The notes beneath the pieces are model-generated. The model was not told the origin of the DNA. It saw only the letters and a list, made by a program, of their open reading frames with translations, and ran no database searches. A program made the position numbers and the translations under genes. A stretch of 64,000 nt of DNA from Patescibacteria group bacterium. GTDB lineage: Bacteria > Patescibacteriota > Minisyncoccia > UBA6257 > 02-FULL-45-10c. The stretch lies in the NCBI GenBank assembly GCA_018969615.1, contig JAGWYA010000002.1, positions 3,070 to 67,069 on the forward strand. The letters are read 5' to 3'. Of this stretch, positions 47,556-54,739 are shown piece by piece. Position 1 is the first letter of the stretch. Each line of letters opens with the position of its first letter.

Positions 47556-47598
47556 GAAGCCCGGTGCTATACTGGCGGCAGAAGCTTGGGAGGGTGTC

Positions 47599-47808
47599 AT
47601 GAAACGCTATCACAAGTCGGGATGTGCCGTCGTGTGGAGCCGCCTGCCCGGCGACCCCGTCGGTCCCGTTATTCGGCCTTTGGATGAGATCCTTGAGGCG
47701 ATCACGTGGGAATTTCCGGGTAAGGCGCCTGCTGAGATGGCGCTCACGCCCTGCGACGACGCGCTGATCATGATTCCGCGCGATATTCCCGTGCCGGCCA
47801 TCGAATAG
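47599..47808 (+). CDS. Small hypothetical protein (69 aa)
   Basis: TGcTATACT box and GGGAGGG RBS before ATG 47599. Confidence 0.5.
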   Translation: MKRYHKSGCAVVWSRLPGDPVGPVIRPLDEILEAITWEFPGKAPAEMALTPCDDALIMIPRDIPVPAIE

Positions 47809-47882
47809 ATGGCCGGTTTTTGTTGTCTTTATTGCGGAGTATACTAAAGGTAAGGTCGATACTATTTGTATATACATTACGT

Positions 47883-48089
47883 ATGCTTAAAGATCACAAT
47901 CACGATCTGATCAAGCAGCTTTCTGTCAGCTCTTCCAGCCTCTGGCGTATGGAGGAGTATCGAAAGAATGCGAAAGGGTGCCCGCATTGCGAGAAGCTTT
48001 GGGGCGAGGTGGAAAAACTGCAGGAAAAGATCTCGGCGCTGCTGACCGATGAGGTCACGCGGCACGTGAAAGAAGGGAAATTTGAATAA
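47883..48089 (+). CDS. Small helical CxxC protein (ferritin-like half fold possible)
   Basis: NHDLIKQLS...LWR.EEY...GCPHCEKLW. Confidence 0.65.
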   Translation: MLKDHNHDLIKQLSVSSSSLWRMEEYRKNAKGCPHCEKLWGEVEKLQEKISALLTDEVTRHVKEGKFE

Positions 48090-48137
48090 TGAGCCAAGGA
48101 TCCGCCGATATCGGCGGATCCTTGTTATACTGAGCAT

Positions 48138-49484
48138 ATGAAGATCACGTTTTTCGGCGGGACCGGCGAAGTGACCGGTTCGAACTATTTGGTGGAAAGC
48201 GGCGAGACGAAAGTGCTCGTCGATTGCGGTCTGCATCAGGGGGAACATTTTTCCGCTCGGCATAACTGGGAGGCCTTTCCGTACGATCCGAAAGGGATCG
48301 ATGCGGTTTTTGTTACTCATGCGCATCTGGACCATACCGGACGGTTGCCGAAGCTGGTGAAGGAGGGTTTGCGCGGCCGCGTTCATTCAACGCCGCCGAC
48401 CCGCGATTTTGCGAATCTGCTGCTTTTAGATTCAGAACATGTCCTGTTGGATGAAGCGCAGCGGACGGGGAATCCGCCGCTCTACGGCGTCCGGGAGGTG
48501 GAGGATCTGATGGGACAGTGGGATGTGCTGCCGTACCATCAGCCGCTGAAAGTGGGGCCGATGACTGTGACGCTCTATAACGCCGGGCATATTTTGGGAT
48601 CGAGTATCGTGGTCATTGAAGCCGAAGGGAAACGCATCGCATTTTCCGGCGACCTCGGGAACAGCCCGGCGCCGATCATCGGGCCGTACGAGCTCTTGGG
48701 GGACCTCAATATTGATTGCTGCGTGATCGAATCGGCGTACGGCGACCGCATCCATGATCCGGTCGACGAAAAAGTCCTTGAGGACCTGATCGAAGAAACG
48801 GTAAAGAACGGCGGCGTGCTGATGATCCCGGCGTTCGCGATGGAACGCACGCAAAAATTATTATTTACGATCAATGAATTAGTGAATAAGGGAAAGATCC
48901 CGCGCGTTCCGGTCTATCTGGACAGCCCGCTCGCGATCAAAGTGACTGAGGTCTACAAAAAATATACGAAGTATTTCGATGCGTCGACCAAGGCCCTTAT
49001 GCGCGACGATAGCGCCCTCTTTGAGTTTCCGGGATTACATAAGGCGCTGACCACGGAACAATCGAAGGAGATCAATGATGTTCCTCCGCCGAAGATCGTG
49101 ATCGCCGGATCGGGCATGTCGCACGGCGGCAGGATCCTGCATCATGAGAAGCGTTATTTGCCGGACCCGAAGAGCGCGATCCTGTTCGTCGGGTACCAGG
49201 CCGACAAATCGCTGGGGCGGAAGATCCGCGACGGTGTGTCGCCGGTCCGGATCCTCGGAGACGACATTCCGGTCCGCTGCAAGAAAGTTTCCATTGAGGG
49301 CTATTCCGCGCATGCTGATCAGCGCCAGTTGCTTGCCTGGCTTTCGCCGATGCGGAAAACGCTCATGCGGGTGTTCGTGGTCCAGGGCGAGGAGGAGGGA
49401 AGCGATGTACTTGCGCACAAGATCACTGAGGACCTCGGAGTTGCGGCGGAAGCTCCTCAATTCGGCAGAGTCTTTGAGTGCTAA
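48138..49484 (+). CDS. MBL-fold beta-CASP ribonuclease (paralog 2)
   Basis: GEVTGS, VDCG, THAHLDHTG, AGHILG, FSGDLG, ESAYG, GSGMSHGGRILHH, YSAHAD. Confidence 0.93.
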   Translation: MKITFFGGTGEVTGSNYLVESGETKVLVDCGLHQGEHFSARHNWEAFPYDPKGIDAVFVTHAHLDHTGRLPKLVKEGLRGRVHSTPPTRDFANLLLLDSEHVLLDEAQRTGNPPLYGVREVEDLMGQWDVLPYHQPLKVGPMTVTLYNAGHILGSSIVVIEAEGKRIAFSGDLGNSPAPIIGPYELLGDLNIDCCVIESAYGDRIHDPVDEKVLEDLIEETVKNGGVLMIPAFAMERTQKLLFTINELVNKGKIPRVPVYLDSPLAIKVTEVYKKYTKYFDASTKALMRDDSALFEFPGLHKALTTEQSKEINDVPPPKIVIAGSGMSHGGRILHHEKRYLPDPKSAILFVGYQADKSLGRKIRDGVSPVRILGDDIPVRCKKVSIEGYSAHADQRQLLAWLSPMRKTLMRVFVVQGEEEGSDVLAHKITEDLGVAAEAPQFGRVFEC

Positions 49485-49505
49485 GGGGTGTGGTATACTG
49501 ACACT

Positions 49506-50108
49506 ATGGCAGCGAAACTAAGCACCCGAGACCATCTGAAATATAAGATCTGCATTTCCGGCGCGGCTGATACCGGCCATTGCGCTGCGGATGCTCCGCA
49601 GAAGGCTGAACAGCTGGGCCGCGAGATCGCTAAACGCGGTATGGTGTTGGTGACCGGCGCGACCGTCGGCATTCCGTATTGGGCGGCGAAGGGCGCGAAA
49701 GAAATGGGCGGCATGGTCATCGGATTGTCGCCGGCGGCGTCCGAAGCGGCGCATGTGAAAACGTATCAGCTTCCGACGGACTACCACGATGTGATCGTCT
49801 ATACCGGTTTTGAATATTCGGGGCGCAATCTGTTGCTGACCCGTTCCGCGGATGCGATCATTCACATCTGCGGCCGTATGGGAACCTTGAATGAGTTTAC
49901 GATCGCGTTTGAAGACGAGAAGCCGATCGGCGTGCTGGAGGGGACCGGCGGAACTGCGGATGAGCTGCATGATATCGTGAAGAAAATGCATCGCGGACCG
50001 GGGCGGGTGATCTACGGAAAGAATATTTCCGATCTGCTGGACAAGGTGGTCGCCGAGATCGACAAGGACCGGAAGAACAAGGATCACGACCGGTACGTCC
50101 GCGGATAA
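49506..50108 (+). CDS. LOG / Rossmann-fold nucleotide-binding protein
   Basis: LVTGATVG, AKGA, IGLSPA, GRNLLL, GRMGTLNE, GTGGTAD. Confidence 0.85.
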   Translation: MAAKLSTRDHLKYKICISGAADTGHCAADAPQKAEQLGREIAKRGMVLVTGATVGIPYWAAKGAKEMGGMVIGLSPAASEAAHVKTYQLPTDYHDVIVYTGFEYSGRNLLLTRSADAIIHICGRMGTLNEFTIAFEDEKPIGVLEGTGGTADELHDIVKKMHRGPGRVIYGKNISDLLDKVVAEIDKDRKNKDHDRYVRG

Positions 50109-50123
50109 CGATCTTTATTTTTT

Positions 50124-50429
50124 ATGCTGAAGAACATTCTTCGATCACTGGGGAAAAAGAAGCCGAAGGTGCGGACCGATAAACCGGTCGGCACGGTGAC
50201 GCATTATTACGGAGGCTTGGGCGTGGCGATCGTAAAATTCAAAAAGATCATGCCGGCGGGAGCTGATGTGCAGTTCTGCGGCGCAACAACCGATTTTTCT
50301 CAGACGCTCGATTCGATGGAACTGAACCGGAAACCGATCGCGAAGGCGCCGAAGGGGAAGGAAGTGGGCATCAAAGTGAAGAAAAAAGTGCGGGAAGGCG
50401 ACAACGTGTACGAAAATAAGGAAGAGTAA
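50124..50429 (+). CDS. Translation-factor-like beta-barrel protein
   Basis: VGTVTHYY..LGVAIV, G.TTDF.Q..SM, A.KG.EVGIKV...VREGD.VY. Confidence 0.75.
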   Translation: MLKNILRSLGKKKPKVRTDKPVGTVTHYYGGLGVAIVKFKKIMPAGADVQFCGATTDFSQTLDSMELNRKPIAKAPKGKEVGIKVKKKVREGDNVYENKEE

Positions 50430-50441
50430 CCGATCGGACGG

Positions 50442-51578
50442 ATGGACTCCTTTTTGAAAACCGTTCTGCAGCCGGCAAGCATCCTTTCAGGAACGATCAT
50501 CGGCGCCGGCGTGTTCGCGCTTCCGTATATTTTCGCGCAGGTTGGCGTGCGCGCGGGTTTGATCGGCCTGGTCCTGTGCGGAGTGCTCTTCGGCTTCCTT
50601 TATTATGTGTATGGCGATGTGATCGCGCGGACGGCGGGCGAGCACCGTTTTGTCGGATATGCGCGGACCTATCTGGGGAAGCCGGGATTCCTCCTTGCGC
50701 TGTTCGTCGGGTTCTTTGAGCTCATCGTGATCCTGGCGATCTACCTGATCCTGGCGCCGAGCTTTTCTCAATTGATCGTCGGCGGCGCGGCGGGATGGCA
50801 TTTGTTGGCTTTCTGGATCATCGCTTCCGCGGTTGCGCTCAGCAGCAATCGGAAAATGGCGTTTCTGGAGTTCCTGATCGTGGCCGGGATCGTCATGATC
50901 ATGGCGCTGCTGTTCATCCTGGGTATTCCGAAGTTTTCGCCGGCGCTGATCTCGGGCGTTGATTGGAAACACTTGTGGAACTTCGCGATCGTCGGTCCGA
51001 TCCTGTTCTCGCTTTCCGGGAGCCTCGCGGTTCCGGAGATCATCCGTTATTTTCATGATGAAAAAATTCCCGTCGCGTTCTTCCGCCGTACGGTTTGGCT
51101 CGGTATGAGCATCGCGATCGTCGCCTATGCGGCATTTGTGCTCGGCGTGCTCAGCCTCTCTCCGGCGGTCTCGTCTGATGCGGTGAGCGGTTTGCGCGGT
51201 GCGGTGGCGCCTGGAGTCCTTGCGGTGATCGGAGTGCTCGGGATCCTTTCATTGTTAAGTTCGTATATCGTTGCCGGGCTCAATGTGCGCCATATCGTCG
51301 AATACGATCTCGGCCTTCCGCGTCTTGCAGGCGCGGGAACGCTCGTTGCGGCGCCGCTGCTGCTTTATATGGCCGGTCTGCAGAATTTCATGGGCGCGGT
51401 GTCGTTCGCCGGGTCCATTTTTCTTCCGTTGGAGAGCATTCTGATCATCTTTATGTGGATGAAGATGCGGCGCCAAACGACCGCGGAACCGGTATTCTCA
51501 GGGGTATGGACCCTAGTTCCGGCAATCGGAGCGTTGGTTATTTTTGTGACTATCCTGTTTTATGCGATACTAAAGTAG
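50442..51578 (+). CDS. Aromatic amino acid / HAAAP family permease
   Basis: GTIIGAGVFALP in TM1, about 11 TM helices. Confidence 0.85.
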   Translation: MDSFLKTVLQPASILSGTIIGAGVFALPYIFAQVGVRAGLIGLVLCGVLFGFLYYVYGDVIARTAGEHRFVGYARTYLGKPGFLLALFVGFFELIVILAIYLILAPSFSQLIVGGAAGWHLLAFWIIASAVALSSNRKMAFLEFLIVAGIVMIMALLFILGIPKFSPALISGVDWKHLWNFAIVGPILFSLSGSLAVPEIIRYFHDEKIPVAFFRRTVWLGMSIAIVAYAAFVLGVLSLSPAVSSDAVSGLRGAVAPGVLAVIGVLGILSLLSSYIVAGLNVRHIVEYDLGLPRLAGAGTLVAAPLLLYMAGLQNFMGAVSFAGSIFLPLESILIIFMWMKMRRQTTAEPVFSGVWTLVPAIGALVIFVTILFYAILK

Positions 51579-51611
51579 ATAAGGCTCTCGAGTAAAATTA
51601 ATATCTTTTTT

Positions 51612-52133
51612 ATGGCGCAAGCGGAAAAACGAGGGACGGGGAATAGTAAGCTTCCGTCTCCACATCGTCGCATCGAGATGTTCGGCGGAGCGCAGAAGGG
51701 AGTCGTCGTATGCGTAAAGTGCGGCAGTTATTTTTATAAGAAGGCCTGGCATCATGACGCTAAGGCGTTCTTGGCAAAGCGCGAAAATAAAGGTATGCCG
51801 GTTACGCAACGTTTGTGCCCGGTGGATGAACGGCTTGCGCAGGGGAAATACGGCGGGAAATTGGTGATAACCCGGGTTCCGGCGGCAGAACAAAAGGACC
51901 TGCTGAATTTGGTTCGCGGATTTTGTGAACGCGCCGAAGATCGCGATCCGCTTGCTCGCCTTATCGCGCTTACGGTAAAAAGCGGCACGGTCACGGTGAC
52001 CGTGAGCGAAAATAGACTTGCGCAGCATCTCGCAAAAAAGATCTCCGATGCGTTCAAAAAGAAAGCGGTGATCGCATACCTTCGTGAGCCGGATGATATC
52101 GCGCAGATCGCCATTGAGTTTTCCGGAAAATGA
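51612..52133 (+). CDS. BCAM0308-like (NMD3-related) protein
   Basis: CVKCG.YFYKKAW, LCP, LLNLVR, DPLARL, ENRLAQHLA. Confidence 0.65.
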   Translation: MAQAEKRGTGNSKLPSPHRRIEMFGGAQKGVVVCVKCGSYFYKKAWHHDAKAFLAKRENKGMPVTQRLCPVDERLAQGKYGGKLVITRVPAAEQKDLLNLVRGFCERAEDRDPLARLIALTVKSGTVTVTVSENRLAQHLAKKISDAFKKKAVIAYLREPDDIAQIAIEFSGK

Positions 52134-52155
52134 GCCTATCCTGGGGAAGTAGTTC

Positions 52156-52227
52156 GTCCCCGTGGTTCAATGGATAGAACGTAGCCCTCCGAAGGCTGAG
52201 ATCGAGGTTCGATTCCTCGCGGGGACA
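52156..52227 (+). tRNA. tRNA-Arg(CCG)
   Basis: GTCCCCG acceptor stem pairs with CGGGGAC; D arm GTTC/GAAC; anticodon arm TAGCC-CTCCGAA-GGCTG; T loop GGTTCGATTCC; CCA not encoded. Confidence 0.96.
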
Positions 52228-52233
52228 CAAAGG

Positions 52234-52294
52234 AAAACAAAGCCTCTTTCGCGCAGTACTGGGTTCTTATACTGCTTCAAAGAGGTTTTGTTTT
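52234..52294 (-). repeat. Conserved-loop hairpin HL6 (loop ATAAGAACCCAGT on minus strand)
   Basis: aaaacaaagcctctttcgcgcagt / actgcttcaaagaggttttgtttt arms immediately after the tRNA. Confidence 0.8.
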
Positions 52295-52363
52295 TAGGAT
52301 AGTAAAAAGAAAAACCTGCTATGACACGTCATAGCAGGTGTATTTATTTTGGAGATGCGCAGG

Positions 52364-52672
52364 CTATTTTTTCTTGAAGATGAAATCCTTTCGGCGAAAG
52401 CCGCGGCTTATAAAATAAGCAAGATGTTCTTCAAGTTCTGAGGCGATTGAGGGATAGAGTAGCTCGAGTTGATCGATGTCGCATCGTTTTGCCCAGGCGG
52501 CGACCGCATTTTTAAGGAGGTCTTCGCTGTAAGCGCAAATGCCGCATGCTCCGCATACGAAATAAGGAGCATGAAACGCGACAAAGGAATACCCTCTTAA
52601 AAGAAGCTCGTTTTTTTCGGGAACTTTTCCGCAAGAAGGGCAGTAAAAATCATCAGACGACAACTCGCTCAT
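52364..52672 (-). CDS. Small zinc-ribbon hypothetical protein
   Basis: CPSCG and CGACGIC motifs; GGAG RBS; AT-richer than core genes. Confidence 0.7.
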   Translation of the reverse strand: MSELSSDDFYCPSCGKVPEKNELLLRGYSFVAFHAPYFVCGACGICAYSEDLLKNAVAAWAKRCDIDQLELLYPSIASELEEHLAYFISRGFRRKDFIFKKK

Positions 52673-52820
52673 GAGATCTCCATTTTAAAAAAACTACCAA
52701 CAGGATAGCTTAATTAGAGATCCTCTTGCAATGAGAATACTTAATTTTGCGGCGATCACCGATAATTAGCCCCACTATAATGTGTCATAGCAGGGTATTC
52801 TTTTTCCTCAAGCGAGGAAG

Positions 52821-52878
52821 TATTTCTGGTTGTTTTTTCATCGTAAGACCCCGGTGATGAAAAAAATAACCCGAAATG
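52821..52878 (+). repeat. Conserved-loop hairpin HL7 (loop GTAAGACCCCGGT)
   Basis: tatttctggttgttttttcatc / gatgaaaaaaataacccgaaatg arms; loop 52843-52855. Confidence 0.8.
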
Positions 52879-52959
52879 TTCTGAGTGTATTTTTCCTTGA
52901 ATTAGCGAATATATTCAGCTACCCTGAGTGTAGTTTCTTGGTACAAGGAAGAGAGAAAA

Positions 52960-54297
52960 ATGAAGACAGCGCTTCACGTACTGGGATGGGTGGCATTCCT
53001 ATTGGGTGCCGCATTCGTCTATATTCTGACGCGGATCTGGTTCATGTGGTTTCCGGTGATGTATTTCCCGAAGCCGACGGAAATGCATCAGCCGATCCCG
53101 CAGTACTCGCTCCGAACTTTCGGCGTTCCGGTGCGGGCTGGATTCGCGAAACGCGATATCACACCGTCCGGCATTCCGTGGCTCGGCGGCTATATGCCGC
53201 CGCATCCCGCGTTTGCCGTCGATAGTCGTCTGTGGGTGAAGAGCCTTGCGCTCGAAGATGCGCATGGCCATACGCTGGTGCTTGTCTCGTGCGAACTGGT
53301 CGGCATGCTGCCGACCGATGTCGCGAAGATCAAGGCGCGGATCACGGGCGTGCCGCCTGATCATATCCTGATCATGGCGACGCATACCCATTCGGGTCCC
53401 GATACGATCGGGTTCTGGCTGGGACGACGGAAGGCGTACATGGAGTTCCTCCGCTCTCAGGTCGCAGCCGCTATTCAAAGATCGATCAACGGGTTGGGGC
53501 CGGCGGCGATCCGATACGGACGCGGAGCGTCTCCGTACGGAGAAAAGAACGTCAGGAACTGGGCGAACGGGAGCGATGATAATCCCCCCGATCCGCAGAT
53601 CGCGGTGATCCAGGTGTTGATGAAGCATTCTCCGCGGAACCGCTTGGTGACGCTGGTGAACTGGTCGTGCCATCCGGATATCGTCGAAGGATTCGCGGTG
53701 ACGGGAGACTTCCCGCACTTTCTGAGCGAGCGTTTGAAACGCCGCTTGGGAAGCGAAACGATGTATGTCCAGGGCGCGATCGGCGCGGTTCAACCGGAAG
53801 CGGGGAACAACGACGACAAGTCTGCGCAGACCTTCCTGGAGCGGAATCTCGGCGAAAAACTCGGCGACAAGGTGGTCTCGATCATGCGGCATCCATTGCC
53901 GATGAAGGGCGCTGACATTTCGGTCATCGGACAGACGGTCCGGGCGCCGTTTGAGAACACGCAGGACATGGCTTTCGCGCTGCATCATCATATGGTTCCG
54001 GACCTTCTTGACTCGCATGGCGATCTCGTCACGCGGGTGGAGCGGGTGACGCTGGGACCGATGACGATCCTGACGGTGCCGGGCGAACTGTTCCCGGATA
54101 TCTGGTGGTCGGTGAAGCGACTGATGCACGGTCAGACGCATATGGTGTTCGGCCTGTGCAATGCCGAGTTCGGTTACATCCTTCTTCCGAGGGATTTCCG
54201 GAACGGACGGCATCGGTATCACACGAGCGTGTCCATCGGGCCGACGTTCGGCGCGCGGATCTCCGAAGCATTGCATTTTCTCGCTGTGCAAAAATAA
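52960..54297 (+). CDS. Neutral/alkaline ceramidase N-terminal-domain family protein, membrane anchored
   Basis: AGFAKRDITP, L.VK.L.L, ATHTHSGPD, NWSCHP, GDFP, QGAIG, PGELF, FGLCN..FGY. Confidence 0.78.
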   Translation: MKTALHVLGWVAFLLGAAFVYILTRIWFMWFPVMYFPKPTEMHQPIPQYSLRTFGVPVRAGFAKRDITPSGIPWLGGYMPPHPAFAVDSRLWVKSLALEDAHGHTLVLVSCELVGMLPTDVAKIKARITGVPPDHILIMATHTHSGPDTIGFWLGRRKAYMEFLRSQVAAAIQRSINGLGPAAIRYGRGASPYGEKNVRNWANGSDDNPPDPQIAVIQVLMKHSPRNRLVTLVNWSCHPDIVEGFAVTGDFPHFLSERLKRRLGSETMYVQGAIGAVQPEAGNNDDKSAQTFLERNLGEKLGDKVVSIMRHPLPMKGADISVIGQTVRAPFENTQDMAFALHHHMVPDLLDSHGDLVTRVERVTLGPMTILTVPGELFPDIWWSVKRLMHGQTHMVFGLCNAEFGYILLPRDFRNGRHRYHTSVSIGPTFGARISEALHFLAVQK

Positions 54298-54382
54298 TTG
54301 CATCGCCCCGACTTCAGTCGGGGCGCTTTTTTATTTGGGCCGTGAAAACGGTATAATAGAACTAAGAAGGCCTTTGCTCTTT

Positions 54383-54739
54383 ATGCGTTTTTCCGACATC
54401 TCATTCGTCTATCTTTTGAACCGGCTCCTGCAGCGTCTGGTGGATTTTGTCCGCCATTGGTATGTGGACGGTTTTTTCCAGGCCGTTGATTGGATGTTGG
54501 ATATTTTGGAGAAGCTCGACCGCAGTTTTGCGCTCCGGATCACGGTCAAATATTGGCTCCAGCCGCTGTATCAGGATTACACGATGATTGGTTATGTCTG
54601 GGGCTTCATCTTCCGGACGGTCAGGATCCTGATCGCGCTTGTCGTCTATCTGCTTTTGATCGCCTGCGCACTGGCGTTGTTCCTTGCCTGGGCGGCGATC
54701 CCGCTGTGGGTGCTCTATAATATTTTCACGAACCTATGA
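54383..54739 (+). CDS. Small membrane protein coupled to Clp-like ATPase
   Basis: DFVRHWY, PLYQDYT.IG...GFIFR, C-terminal TM; ATGA overlap with next gene. Confidence 0.75.
   Translation: MRFSDISFVYLLNRLLQRLVDFVRHWYVDGFFQAVDWMLDILEKLDRSFALRITVKYWLQPLYQDYTMIGYVWGFIFRTVRILIALVVYLLLIACALALFLAWAAIPLWVLYNIFTNL

Noticed and set aside
7604-52878. Integron attC sites or CRISPR repeats as explanation for the hairpins
   Set aside because: No RYYYAAC/GTTRRRY ends, no integrase or cas genes, and no regularly spaced identical repeats with spacers.
52156-54330. tRNA-targeted prophage or integrative island
   Set aside because: No integrase, no phage genes and no visible duplicate of the tRNA 3' end.
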